A stretch of DNA of 64,000 bases, taken from Patescibacteria group bacterium. GTDB lineage: Bacteria; Patescibacteriota; Patescibacteriia; UBA2591; JAQUPP01. Positions 20,269 to 31,600 of this stretch are shown piece after piece (the first letter of the stretch is position 1; the number at the start of each line of letters is the position of its first letter). A program made the position numbers and the translations under genes. Where the stretch lies: assembly GCA_028716665.1 (NCBI GenBank), contig JAQUPP010000001.1:349046-413045 (forward strand), given 5' to 3'. The notes under the pieces were generated by a model. It had not been told where the DNA came from. It did not search any database and saw only the letters and a list, made by a program, of their open reading frames with translations.

Positions 20269-21402
20269 TTAATTACCCTTTTTTAATAATATCATCTCTA
20301 AATTTTTAACAATATATTTTATTTCTTTTTCAGTTAAATTATTGTAAAATGGCAAGGCGATTGTTTTGCCAGATACTGATTCGGCGATTGGAAAATCACC
20401 GCTTTTATGATTAAATAAGCGACGATAAAATGGCTGTAGGTGGATACATTGGAAATAATTATTACATTGAATACCAGTTTTTTGTAATTTTTTCATAATT
20501 TGGTCTCGGTCTCTTCGAGTGAAATTTTTTGTAAGTTGAATTACATAAACAAACCAAGAAATTTTGGCCCAAGTGGCAACATAAGGTAGTTTAATTAGTC
20601 CTTTTTTTTCTAAATTAGAAAGTTTTTTATTATACATTTTGGCCACTTTTTCTCTCTTTTTTATAATTTCTTTAATTCTTTCGAGTTGAGTTATACCAAT
20701 TGCTGCTTGTATATCACTCATTCGATAATTAAAACCCAGTCTGATATGTTCAAGCCATTTTCCATCTTTAACTTTGCGACCCTGATTATGCATACTTTGG
20801 CACATCTCGGAGATTTTTTTATTATCAGTCACAATTATGCCTCCTTCACCAGTAGTTATTTGTTTATTAGGGTAAAAGGCAAAAACAGCCGCATCCCCAA
20901 AATTTCCACATTTTCTTCCTTTATATTCCGCCCCCAAAGCTTCGCAAGAATCTTCAATAATTTTTAGTTTATATTTTTTAGCAATTTTTAAAATTGAATC
21001 CCAATCTGCCGGATGGCCAAAAATATCTACGGTTATTATAGCTTTTGTCCGTTTAGTAATGGCTTTTTCTATTTTTTGCGGATCAATATTTAAGGTTAGA
21101 GGATCAATATCAACAAAAATCGGTTTAGCGCCTTCATACAAAATGCAATTTGCCGAAGCAATAAAACTAAAAGGGGTGGTAATTACTTCATCACCCTTTT
21201 TAATTCCTAGGGCGCGAACAAGTAAGTGTAGGCCGCTGGTGCCGGAATTAACCGCTATGGCATATTTACTGCCAATATAAGCGGCAAGTTTTTTTTCAAA
21301 CTCTTTGAGTTTTGGCCCTAAAGCTAAATAAGGAGTTTTTAAAACCTTTAAAACACTATTTATTTCTTTTTTTGTAATATCTGGTTTGGATAAATTGATC
21401 AT
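20269..21402 (-). CDS. DegT/DnrJ/EryC1/StrS sugar aminotransferase
   Basis: VNSGTSGLHL, IEDSCEALG, FYPNKQITTGEGG, GFNYRMSD. Confidence 0.93.
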   Translation of the reverse strand: MINLSKPDITKKEINSVLKVLKTPYLALGPKLKEFEKKLAAYIGSKYAIAVNSGTSGLHLLVRALGIKKGDEVITTPFSFIASANCILYEGAKPIFVDIDPLTLNIDPQKIEKAITKRTKAIITVDIFGHPADWDSILKIAKKYKLKIIEDSCEALGAEYKGRKCGNFGDAAVFAFYPNKQITTGEGGIIVTDNKKISEMCQSMHNQGRKVKDGKWLEHIRLGFNYRMSDIQAAIGITQLERIKEIIKKREKVAKMYNKKLSNLEKKGLIKLPYVATWAKISWFVYVIQLTKNFTRRDRDQIMKKLQKTGIQCNNYFQCIHLQPFYRRLFNHKSGDFPIAESVSGKTIALPFYNNLTEKEIKYIVKNLEMILLKKGN

Positions 21403-22328
21403 AAATTATATATTAAGATACCTATACTTACTATTATAAACTGAATTATAGAATAAATAAAGACGGTTTTGGGTATAGAAATACCTTTTTGATGAATGAG
21501 ATCATATAAATGACTGCGGTCGCCCAGAAAGAGCGGTTTTCTTTTAATCAATCGACGAATAATAACTAGGGTTGTGTCAATAATTGGTAGGCCAATAATC
21601 AAGATAGGTCCTATAAATTGTTTTAAATTATGACCGGTGAACATTATAGCTAAAATAGCTAAAATAAAACCCAAGAAGTGGCTGCCATTATCGCCCATAA
21701 AAATAGAGGCCGGATGCCAATTGTAAATTAAAAAACCTAAAATTCCACTTAATGTTCCTAAAGAAATAATTAAGGTGAATAAATTATTTTCTTTTACGGC
21801 CAAATAAATAAACCCCATTAAAGAAATAATGGTAATACTGCCAGCCAGGCCGTTGAGGCCGTCTTCCATATTTATCGCATTCATGGCGCCGACAATGTAA
21901 ATTCCGGCAATTAAACTGGCAATTATAGAATTAATGGAAAAGTGAAGATTAACGCCGATTTTGATTAAAATAAAAACAATTAAAAATCCAGCGATGAATT
22001 GACAAAGAAATTTAATCATCGGTCGGCCGACTTTTTTCCACTTTAAATCATCCCAAAAACCAAGGAAAATTATAATTATACTGCCAATAATTATTCCCAA
22101 TGATTGTAATTTAGAAATTTGATGGAATAATTGGGAAAAAATCAGACTGGCAATTAAACCGAGAAATATCCCTATTCCACCTAAATGGGGGATAGGTTTT
22201 TGGTGAATTTTTAAATCACCTACCGACGGTTCATCATAAAGATGATATCTAAAAGCAAGTTTTTTAAGAAAAAAAATAGCAATTAAAGAAATAAAGAATG
22301 ATATAATAATGAGCAAAAAGTAAATCAT
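21399..22328 (-). CDS. WecA/TagO/MraY-family polyprenyl-phosphate sugar-1-phosphate transferase (initiating)
   Basis: KIH..PIP.LGGI, GFWDD, NAINMEDGLNGL, IFMGDNGS, DRSHLY, and multiple TM helices. Confidence 0.92.
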   Translation of the reverse strand: MIYFLLIIISFFISLIAIFFLKKLAFRYHLYDEPSVGDLKIHQKPIPHLGGIGIFLGLIASLIFSQLFHQISKLQSLGIIIGSIIIIFLGFWDDLKWKKVGRPMIKFLCQFIAGFLIVFILIKIGVNLHFSINSIIASLIAGIYIVGAMNAINMEDGLNGLAGSITIISLMGFIYLAVKENNLFTLIISLGTLSGILGFLIYNWHPASIFMGDNGSHFLGFILAILAIMFTGHNLKQFIGPILIIGLPIIDTTLVIIRRLIKRKPLFLGDRSHLYDLIHQKGISIPKTVFIYSIIQFIIVSIGILIYNL

Positions 22329-22340
22329 ATTATTGTTTTT

Positions 22341-22931
22341 TTATTTGATGTTATATAAATAAATTTTTGAAGATTTGCCTTGATGGACAGAAGTTAAAGA
22401 ATGAAATTTAAACCCCATTTTTTCGTAAAATCTAATTGCTCGCGAAAGATTTTCGCCGACCAGCACTTTAAACTCTTTTATTTTTCGTTTTTTCATTTCT
22501 TGGAGGAAATGTTCAAATATTTTCGGAGCAATATCCTGACCGTGGAATTCTTTCAGGACGGCAATAGTTAAGAGTTCCGCTTCGGGTATTTTTTCTTCTT
22601 TTTGTTTGGAATATTTTAGAGTTTCAAAAATTTTTTTAAGATTAGAGAAATTAAATATTTTTGGCAACAAAATAAAGAAAGCACTGATTGCATATTTTTT
22701 ATAAAAATTTTTATAAAATTTGCCCACATCAGTGCAACCGCCGACAAAACCAATAATTTGATCATTTTTATCGGCCACAGTAACAAAAGCAGAGTCAGAA
22801 TTTATCATGGATTCATATAATTTTAAAAGGAATTTTGGTCCCAATTGACCCAAGAATCCCTGGTTTATCTCTTGTTGATGGATCTTGGCTATTTGCGCCG
22901 CATCTTTTAAATTAGCTAGACGAATATTCAT
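22341..22931 (-). CDS. GNAT N-acetyltransferase
   Basis: ELLTIAV..EFHGQDIA and N.RAIRFYEKMGF. Confidence 0.85.
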   Translation of the reverse strand: MNIRLANLKDAAQIAKIHQQEINQGFLGQLGPKFLLKLYESMINSDSAFVTVADKNDQIIGFVGGCTDVGKFYKNFYKKYAISAFFILLPKIFNFSNLKKIFETLKYSKQKEEKIPEAELLTIAVLKEFHGQDIAPKIFEHFLQEMKKRKIKEFKVLVGENLSRAIRFYEKMGFKFHSLTSVHQGKSSKIYLYNIK

Positions 22932-24157
22932 ATTATTTCTTGAATAATTTTTTCTAATTTATTCACTAGAACGGGAATACTATGGTATTTTTCCACATAT
23001 TCTTTACCATTTTGGCCCATTTTTTCTCTCTCTTCAAGTGACGTTTGGCAGAGATGGACAATAGCATCAGCCATTATTTGAGGGTTTTCCGGTGAAATTG
23101 AAATACCGCAATCAGCTTCTTTAACTGGATTATTGGCGGCATTAACTGAGAAAATTATCGGTTTAACAGCTGCCATATAATCAAATAGTTTATTAGAACT
23201 AATGCCATATTTAAAAACTTCAGTTTTTTTGAGATTAAAGATTAATGTATCAGCTTCGTTAAGAGAAGTATAAACTTCGTCTTTGCTTAGGGAATCGCGA
23301 AATTCAGTATTTTTAAGCTGAAGTTCATTTTTATATTTTATAAGATTTTTTTTCTCCGATCCATCGCCGATAAATATAAATTTTATTTTTTCGTATCCCG
23401 TGTCCTGAATGATTCTGGCTGCGTCCAAAACATAATTTAAGGCATTTGCCAAACCGTGAGCGCCAAAATACATGACTTTAAATTTTTCATCAGTTGTTTC
23501 TTTTTTGGAAATATTTTTGAATTTTGTTAAATCAACCCCGTTAGGAATCCAAACAATTTTTTTTTCATCTATGCCCAAGGCGGTTATGTATTTTTTGGCC
23601 AAAGGCAATAAGGTAATTATTTTTTTGGCCTTTTTATATAAAAATTTTTCTAAAATTCTAAGGGTTTTAACAATTAAATTATTTTCTTTTAAATTTCCCA
23701 TATCAACCAGTGTTTGGGGCCAAAGATCCCTTACCTCCATTAAGAATTTTGCTTTGTAATATTTTGTCAGCCAATATGCCGAGAGGACGGCCAGTAAATG
23801 AACCGAAGAGCCGATAATAATATTCGGTTGTTCAATATTTTTGTTTATTTTGGTTATTTTTTTTCCGAGGCAATATGTTCGACACATGTACGAAAACATA
23901 TTTATCACTCTTTGCCAATCATTTTTTTGATAGGGAAAAGTTTTTATCCAAACAAAATTTATTCCATCAATGTTCTCTATAAGATATTTTTCATTTTTAG
24001 TTAATTTAATTTCCCGGCGTAAACTAAAATGAAAGCTAGAGGCGAATATGGTCACCTCGTGTCCTCTTTTTACTAATTCTTTGGCAAAATCATAATGCCT
24101 GGTGCCGCTGGGCATATCAGGAGTAACAGCATAATGATTTAATATCCAAATTTTCAT
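22928..24157 (-). CDS. GT4 glycosyltransferase (WbuB-like)
   Basis: EVRDLWP, IPNGVD, YFGAHG.AN.L, KLFDYMAA.KP. Confidence 0.92.
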   Translation of the reverse strand: MKIWILNHYAVTPDMPSGTRHYDFAKELVKRGHEVTIFASSFHFSLRREIKLTKNEKYLIENIDGINFVWIKTFPYQKNDWQRVINMFSYMCRTYCLGKKITKINKNIEQPNIIIGSSVHLLAVLSAYWLTKYYKAKFLMEVRDLWPQTLVDMGNLKENNLIVKTLRILEKFLYKKAKKIITLLPLAKKYITALGIDEKKIVWIPNGVDLTKFKNISKKETTDEKFKVMYFGAHGLANALNYVLDAARIIQDTGYEKIKFIFIGDGSEKKNLIKYKNELQLKNTEFRDSLSKDEVYTSLNEADTLIFNLKKTEVFKYGISSNKLFDYMAAVKPIIFSVNAANNPVKEADCGISISPENPQIMADAIVHLCQTSLEEREKMGQNGKEYVEKYHSIPVLVNKLEKIIQEII

Positions 24158-26016
24158 TTTTGATAATTATAGATAAACTTTCTTCCCCACAATTCTAAAA
24201 TATAAAAACGCAAAAATATAGTTTTGTTGTAAAAAAATCGCTGGCCCATTTTGTATTTTTGGAACGAATCAAGTAATTTTTCCGTGTTGACATAATCGGC
24301 AATAAACAGAGGATTCTTAAATTTTAATTCAATATCTTCGGTTAAATATTTTTTATACCACATTTCTTCGGGAGTAACAAAGCCGAGTTTGCTTTTTCTG
24401 AGCCTTATTTTCTCCGGCAGGATATTTTTCATAGCTTCTCTTAATATGAATTTCGTCCAACCAAGCCGCATTTTTTGATCAAGAGGCATTTTGGCGGCTT
24501 GTTCTACCAATCTATAATCTAAAAACGGCAATCTCGCCTCAAGGCCGAATGTTCCGCTATTTTTATCTTCATATCGGAGAAGAACCGGCAAGCTCCATTT
24601 GGTTAAATCTTCTTTAAGACGCTTGCCGAGATTATTTTGATAACCGAATTTTAATTTTCTATCAGTGAAATTTTTTGAAAAGACAGGATTTAAAAGATTA
24701 TCAATGCTGTCGTTTTTTGATATTTTAAACAGATATTTTAATCCGCTTTTTATGTACAATGTTTTTAATATTTCAATGGAGGTAAAGAAAGGCAGAGCTG
24801 TTTCAAGGCACTTAATAAATTTTTTATTTCTAAAAAGCTTTAATAAATAAAAGAAATAAAATTTTCTATAGCCAGCCAATAATTCGTCCCCCCCTTGGCC
24901 ATCCAGCAATATTTTTACTTTTTCTCTGGCTTTTTTGAACACCATTCGTTGGGCAAACATACTCGTTCCAGAAAATGGTTCTTCTTGGTGCCAAATTAAA
25001 TTATCTAATTCTTTAAGGAATTCTTCGGGCTTCGGGAATATATAGTTTTTTTCAGCTCCGGTATGTTTAATGACTTCCTCAATATATTCTCTTTCGTCAA
25101 ATTTTTTATTTTCAAAACAAGAAGAAAAAGTTTTTTGTATTTCTCCAATACTCGGGACATTTTTTTCTTTAAGGAGTTTATTAACCGTGCAAACAATGGA
25201 AGAGGAATCTAAACCTCCGGAAAGACAGGAACCGATTGGAACGTCGCTTCTCAGGCGCAGTTTTATGGTATCAATGAATAATTCACGAAATTGTTCGGTA
25301 TATTTTTGGTCAGGAACTTTATCTTCTATTTTATCAGAAACTTCGAAATCCCAATATTTTTCAATTATTATTTTACCATCTGACGTAAGTTTGAGCCAGG
25401 AGGACGCCGGAAGTTTATAAATATTTTTAAAAAATGTTTCATTCGTATGGTCAAGCATTCCAAATTTTAAAAAATCATAAATTAATGCGTCGGTCGGTTT
25501 TTGAGGGATACCTAATTCTAACAGGGCTTTTATTTCCGAAGCAAAAGTAAAAATTTTACCATCAAAAAAATAATAAAACGGTTTTATGCCAAATCTATCC
25601 CGGCTGCAAAATAATTCTTTTTTATTTTTATCCCAAATAGCGAAAGCCCACATTCCGTTGAATTTTTCAAGACATTTTTCACTCCATTCTTTATAAGCGT
25701 GCAAAATAACCTCCGTGTCGGTATTTGATACGAAAATATGACCGCATTTCTCCAATTCTTTTCGCAATTCAAGGTAGTTATAAATCTCTCCGTTAAAGAC
25801 AATCCACAAAGTTTCATTTTCGTTTGTCATTGGTTGATGTCCGGCCATGGAAAGATCAATTATAGATAAACGACAATGTCCCAGGCCAACATTTTTATCA
25901 ATAAAATACCCCTCATCATCCGGGCCGCGATGTTTTATAATTTTGACCATTTTTTCTATATCTTTTTTGTCCACCAATTTTTGGTCCAAATTGACGGTTC
26001 CGACTATTCCACACAT
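24154..26016 (-). CDS. asnB: Asparagine-synthase-family glutamine amidotransferase, probably a glycan uronamide-forming enzyme
   Basis: MCGI (Ntn Cys), HRGPD, FNGEIYN, LSGGLDSS, DGQGGDE, EARLPFLD. It lies inside the glycan locus. Confidence 0.93.
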   Translation of the reverse strand: MCGIVGTVNLDQKLVDKKDIEKMVKIIKHRGPDDEGYFIDKNVGLGHCRLSIIDLSMAGHQPMTNENETLWIVFNGEIYNYLELRKELEKCGHIFVSNTDTEVILHAYKEWSEKCLEKFNGMWAFAIWDKNKKELFCSRDRFGIKPFYYFFDGKIFTFASEIKALLELGIPQKPTDALIYDFLKFGMLDHTNETFFKNIYKLPASSWLKLTSDGKIIIEKYWDFEVSDKIEDKVPDQKYTEQFRELFIDTIKLRLRSDVPIGSCLSGGLDSSSIVCTVNKLLKEKNVPSIGEIQKTFSSCFENKKFDEREYIEEVIKHTGAEKNYIFPKPEEFLKELDNLIWHQEEPFSGTSMFAQRMVFKKAREKVKILLDGQGGDELLAGYRKFYFFYLLKLFRNKKFIKCLETALPFFTSIEILKTLYIKSGLKYLFKISKNDSIDNLLNPVFSKNFTDRKLKFGYQNNLGKRLKEDLTKWSLPVLLRYEDKNSGTFGLEARLPFLDYRLVEQAAKMPLDQKMRLGWTKFILREAMKNILPEKIRLRKSKLGFVTPEEMWYKKYLTEDIELKFKNPLFIADYVNTEKLLDSFQKYKMGQRFFYNKTIFLRFYILELWGRKFIYNYQK

Positions 26017-26031
26017 AAGTTTATAATTTTT

Positions 26032-27570
26032 TTAATGACTTTTAAGTAATATTTTTGTAAGCGCTATTATATTTCTTTGATCCATCTCATATTTATCGAC
26101 AAGGCACTTATTTCTTTCCCACTGACTAAAATAATAATTTTTGGCAATATCATTAATTTCAGGATTAAAACGAGATAGTTCTGTTAAGTGCCATATTGTT
26201 AAAATACGATTATAAATTTCTTCTTCTCCATTTACTAATTTATGAAATAATGGATTTTCCATGTCTCCATTCCATAAATTTTTAATAAAAATATTTGCCA
26301 AATTCATCACATCATCTTTCGTAAATATAATATTATTTTCATAAGCCCTTATTATAAAATCTATATCTAAATTGCCATGCGAAATATCTTCAATGTTGTC
26401 TTTCTCGACTATTATCGCAGAACTGTTTTCAAAATAACCAGAATATGGCCAGATTATATTATTATCTTTAATTGTTATCGTATTTTTAAATCCCGCAGCT
26501 ATGTCAACGGCGATTTGTTCATAATTCGGATTATTGAAAATTTGTGAAGCATAAATATTAGCCGTTCCCAATGTTGCCGCAACATTCAATATGGTTCGTT
26601 TTTTTTCTTCATTAGGCCCTTCTTTACTAAACACATAAAATTTTAAATCGGGGTCGTAAAGTTTATTCATTTCGTCCAGCCAATTTTGAGTTATATTTTT
26701 ATCTATTTTTGCCCCAAGAGTAATACCTCTTAATAAAGTTTTTAATATCATTCCATAATGGGCTGAGTGTTCTGAATAACTTTGTACGCTGACCAAGTCA
26801 ATCAACATATCTTTCGATCCTTCAATTATAATTGTATGCTGATTTTGATAAGATTGATTAATTTCGAAATCAGAAGTAAAAATAGTCCATTCATTATTGG
26901 TCGTTTGGAACTCAGATAGGGGAGTATTATCCAATGACACTTTAATTTTAGAGCCCGATGGTGCTTTAAACCAAAACTTCATGAGATATAAAGGATGACT
27001 TTCGGAATCAGTGAATGAAATTGATAATCCTTTTTTATTTAAAAATTCTAAAGCCCTTGATCCGAAATCGATAAGGATATTGTCATTGCAATCCGTAAAA
27101 ATTGGGGGAGCAACTTGTTGAACAGTTTTAAAATTTTTATCTATCACATCTTCAGTATTTTCAAAACTGCCATTTTTTATTAAATTTTCAGAATATCTTG
27201 ATGAAAGTAATTTTTCTTTTGTATATTTTTTAGTTGCTTCTAATATCCCGTTTGTACGATTTTCAAATTTTTCTAAATATATTTTTTTATTGGTAATTTG
27301 ATATAGATCCAAATAGGCATCAAGGATATAACTTTCTTTCCAGGATAGAATCGCCGAATCATAAGACGGGTAGAAATCTGATTCAAAAAATTCTTTATGC
27401 AACGAATAGGGCGATATTTTTTGTTCAATATAATTTATCTGATTGAAAATTTTTTTATTATCTTCCGAAAAATTTATTTTTTCTCTTACTTTTTGAAAAA
27501 TAAATCCGCAAAAGCCGATAACAAAAAGTAAAATTATTATAAATATAACAATTATTTTTTTATTTTTCAT
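26032..27570 (-). CDS. Membrane-anchored protein, possible alpha/alpha-barrel carbohydrate-active fold with an inserted CBM-like beta domain
   Basis: N-terminal TM helix, then helical SW.ESY.L.AY..LY..T...YL, then a CBM-like NLIKNGSFE...IDLVSV insert, then WPY and EDISHG..D motifs. Confidence 0.5.
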   Translation of the reverse strand: MKNKKIIVIFIIILLFVIGFCGFIFQKVREKINFSEDNKKIFNQINYIEQKISPYSLHKEFFESDFYPSYDSAILSWKESYILDAYLDLYQITNKKIYLEKFENRTNGILEATKKYTKEKLLSSRYSENLIKNGSFENTEDVIDKNFKTVQQVAPPIFTDCNDNILIDFGSRALEFLNKKGLSISFTDSESHPLYLMKFWFKAPSGSKIKVSLDNTPLSEFQTTNNEWTIFTSDFEINQSYQNQHTIIIEGSKDMLIDLVSVQSYSEHSAHYGMILKTLLRGITLGAKIDKNITQNWLDEMNKLYDPDLKFYVFSKEGPNEEKKRTILNVAATLGTANIYASQIFNNPNYEQIAVDIAAGFKNTITIKDNNIIWPYSGYFENSSAIIVEKDNIEDISHGNLDIDFIIRAYENNIIFTKDDVMNLANIFIKNLWNGDMENPLFHKLVNGEEEIYNRILTIWHLTELSRFNPEINDIAKNYYFSQWERNKCLVDKYEMDQRNIIALTKILLKSH

Positions 27571-28690
27571 TGGCGAAAATTATTTCGTAAATTTTTAATA
27601 ATTTTTTGGCTTCCAAATCCCAGTTGTATTTTTCTAAAATTGCTTTTTTGCCGTTTTCTCCCATTTTTTTTGCTTCTTCGGGATGTTTTATTAAATATTC
27701 AATCGCTTCGCCAATCTCTTTCGGATCCAAAGGATTAACACAAATTCCACAATTATTTTTCTCAATGATTTCTTTCCATAAAGGAAAATTTGAAGCAATG
27801 ACGGGCAAACCGGCCGTCATATATTCAAACATTTTAACCGGCAAACTGCTTAAAAAGCATCTATTAGGGTGAAGACAAACAATGCCAATATCCGCTTTGG
27901 CAATTTCTTCAAAAACCTTATTTAAAGAAAGTTCTCCCAAAAAATTTACTTTTGTATATTCTTCAGAACATGCGATTTTCTGTTTTAAAATTTCATTTGA
28001 AAATCTCCCCATCAAATTTAATGAAATTTTGTAATGGCTATTTATTAATTCCATGGCTTTTATGATTTCTTCAATGCCTCTGTTTTTTCCGATTGTTCCG
28101 GTATAGATTAAAACGCATTCATTATTCGCGAAAAAATTATTTTTCGATGTTTTGGAATTAAATTTTAAGAGCGGGTAATTTTTTATCTCAATAACGTTAT
28201 TATTGTATGGTTTAAATTGATCTTTGATATATTCAGTGGCGACGATTATACAATCAAAAAATTTAGATATATTTTTTTCTATAAAATTAACAGTGGAAGA
28301 TAGGGGATGCTTAAAAATCACCGGAATCCATTCTTTGTACAAAATGTCCTTTGGTACATCTTCGTGCACATCATAAATAATCTTGGCTTTTGTAAAAATT
28401 TTTAATAAAACGCCGACTAATATTAGTTCCGGATCATGAAAGTGATAAACGTCCGCTCTTTGTTCCAGCGCTTTTTTGAAAATTAAAAAATCTGTCTTTA
28501 AAAATCTTTCAAGGCGATTTTTTAATTTTGGCAGAGCGATAATTTTAATTCCGTCCACTGTTTCGTTTTTGTCATGTCGGGCGATTAAAGTAACATCATA
28601 ACCAGCCCCAGCTAGAGTTTTGGCTTCTTTGTGAAAAATACGAACATCAAATACGGAGTGGACGGCGGTTATTTGGCAGCATTTTTTCAT
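27560..28690 (-). CDS. GT4 glycosyltransferase
   Basis: H..FDVRIFHKEA, YHFHDPEL, YDVHED, KMFEYM.AGLPVIASNFP. Confidence 0.92.
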   Translation of the reverse strand: MKKCCQITAVHSVFDVRIFHKEAKTLAGAGYDVTLIARHDKNETVDGIKIIALPKLKNRLERFLKTDFLIFKKALEQRADVYHFHDPELILVGVLLKIFTKAKIIYDVHEDVPKDILYKEWIPVIFKHPLSSTVNFIEKNISKFFDCIIVATEYIKDQFKPYNNNVIEIKNYPLLKFNSKTSKNNFFANNECVLIYTGTIGKNRGIEEIIKAMELINSHYKISLNLMGRFSNEILKQKIACSEEYTKVNFLGELSLNKVFEEIAKADIGIVCLHPNRCFLSSLPVKMFEYMTAGLPVIASNFPLWKEIIEKNNCGICVNPLDPKEIGEAIEYLIKHPEEAKKMGENGKKAILEKYNWDLEAKKLLKIYEIIFANEK

Positions 28691-31600
28691 ATTTTTATTA
28701 AAAATAACAATAATTCCAGAAATATAAATACCAGACCGATATTAAGACAGAGCACCACCATGTCATGCCAGTGCGGTTTGTTTTTAATAAATTCGCGAAC
28801 AAAAAATTTAGATTTATATTTAGCCCATTTTTCGCATGCCTCCAAGAAAATTTTTTCACCGGTGATATCATATAACTCTTTCATAAGTTCCGAATGCAGG
28901 AGATGATATGATTTGGTGGCCATTACGCCCAGTTTATCGTAATAAGTCCACCAGCCAGTATCAAAATCCCAAACATGCTGTTTAAGGTTTATTACTCCTT
29001 TCTCAAGAAGTTCTTTTGCTTTTATATCTTTTGTATTTTTGTAGTATTCATTAACACCGATTAAAGCGTAAATCATACCATTCAAAACCAAACTTTTTTT
29101 GGCGCCTTCACCAACATATTCTTCGTACCACCATCCGCCATCTTCGTCTTTATAGGTTACTCCTCCATCTTTTACTTCCACAAAAAGAGCGTTTAAGGCT
29201 AGTTTTGCGGCTTCCAAATATTTTTCTTCGCCCGTAATTTTATAAACCCTACTGAGAAATTGCAGTCCCACTCCTTGGGCTAGCGCCGAGATCCACGGAG
29301 GAGTTAGATTATATGTCCACGGATAATAATATTCCCAAACCCCAAAAATCAATCCTTTAAAATTTCTCATTTTTAAATTATCCACCAACCAATCAGCGCA
29401 ATTTTTAAAATATTTAAAATATTTTTCTTCTTTCTTTTTTTGCCACTTATCATAATAATCAAATCCGGCCATAGTTACGGTCACGGGGTTATAATATTTT
29501 CCACCTGATCTGCGGATAATAGCTATCGGAATGCCCCTGTCATCGCTTTCCACGTCTCCTTTAAAACCAAAGCCCAAGACGAGATTCATAAGCATCTCGG
29601 CCGGTTTATAAAATAAATCCGCTGTAAAATTTGAAAGAATTATTCCTCCCAGAATGGCCAAAATAAGTAAAATTAATTGGAAGCAGAGAAAATCTTTTTT
29701 TAAAAACCATGGTTTTTTTTCAATTTCAAATTTTACTGAATCAGGAATTGATATTTGGTCTCCGGGTCCTGCCACAACCATAGTATATGTCTGATAACCT
29801 TTTTCATCGGTCGGAAAATCAGAAAGTTCTAATTTTTTAGAATCTGCCCGTTCAAGGGTAAACCAGCCCTTGTCTATGGTTTTTAGCCATCCTTGTGCTT
29901 CAAAACGGCTGTTAAGAACAGTTGTACCGGGTTGAGCAAAATAGGAAGGCATTTGAGAAATTATTTTATTATCAGAAGGTACAACTTCTTCTACTAAACC
30001 CCTGGCTATTTTTAAATCTTCATTGCCAATGGAGAGGTGAGCACTATCAATAATTTTTTCAACGGCTAAGCTGTCTCCGCGTCCATTGGATTCTAAAATT
30101 AAAACTTGTCCTTTTTGCAAAGATTGATTAAGAATCGGATCAGCTAATTCTATAATTCCTTTTTCGTAATCCACTGATGCAATTTTTGTTTTTTGAATGC
30201 CATTACCTTCTAATGAAAAATTGCCGAAAGAAAGACCCTTCCCGTTTAAAAGTGTGGCTTTTTGGATTTGGCCTTTGGAGTTTAAAATTAAAGAAGCTGT
30301 TTGTCCTTTTGCCTTAATTTTCCCGTCAATAATATATTCTTTATCCGGATTAAGAGAGTGAAAAAGATAATGGGTTTCTCCGATATTTAATTCAACTTTT
30401 ACGGCTATTGCCTCGTCGTCAACAGGGTTTACAGAAACAGCCGAAACATTCTTTACCCATGTTTTTTTATTATAAGACTCAAATAAAGAAACAAAAATAC
30501 TGTTTAAATTTTTTCCTTGTTCGCGTCTTATCAAAAATTTTACTGTTTCCGGCAAATCTTTTCTCGTCTGAGGTTTTCCGTCGCAGGCAATAATTTCTTC
30601 ATTATTATTGGTTAAGAAATGAGCCCTTAAACCAATATTTTTATCAGATCCGGTAAGCTGCCAGCCGCAAACCATATTATCTTTAGGTTTGGTTTTTTGA
30701 ACATTAAATAAAAATTGATAACCGCTTCCTTTATATGAAGTATAGTTTGCTTCTCCCCAAGGTTTATTTTTAAGTTCAGGATCGTCATAAAATTTACCAT
30801 ATGGTATGTCGGCTCCGGCCAGAGTTCCTTCTTTTTGAACAGGACCAAATGGAGTTTCACAAGAAAAATTAGCTTGAGTTCCGTGAATTATGTAATCGTG
30901 CTGTTCTCCTCCTTTTACATAAAAAATATCAAGAAGATAACTTTGACCGGGACTTGTTTCAACCAACATATTCACTCGGCGGTAAAGACTGACTTTTTCA
31001 GGGTATGCGTCTTCGCAAGAAACATCCGCTATTTTAATAAAGCTGCTGCTGTCAAAATTATGTAATTTGCAATTCGTGTTATATTCTTGCTTGGATGCAT
31101 TAACTACGACGGTATTGTGAGCCACGGAATTTGCAAAAAAACCAGGCCAACGTGGATCAGAGGCATCTAAGGTTTCGGGATAGCCAAAATCCGTTAAGAG
31201 ACCGTTTCCCTGAGAAAATAAAACCATGTTTAATTTGTCATAGTGATGATGGCCGTAATATGCTCCGTAAAATATGGAACTGGCCGTAGGATTTTTTTTA
31301 TCATTTATTTGAAGAGTAGCCAATCCATAACCGGGAAGATTTACTGATTGGGTGCATAAAGATTGAACGGGTTTTGCCTTTATGGATTTTAACACTTCTT
31401 CAATTGGTTTTTCAAAGAGGTCGCGAGGAATATTTTTTACAGAACCAAGAGCTTGGGCTAAGCGGGGATCTGGAAAATGTCTCAGAGCTGTGGCCAATAT
31501 TTCAGGTTGAGAATTCCATAAAGTATTAACAGCGAACATGTCTCCGGAATCTCCCATTGAAGGCATAAATTTTTCGGCCAAACAAACATTAAAATGCCAT

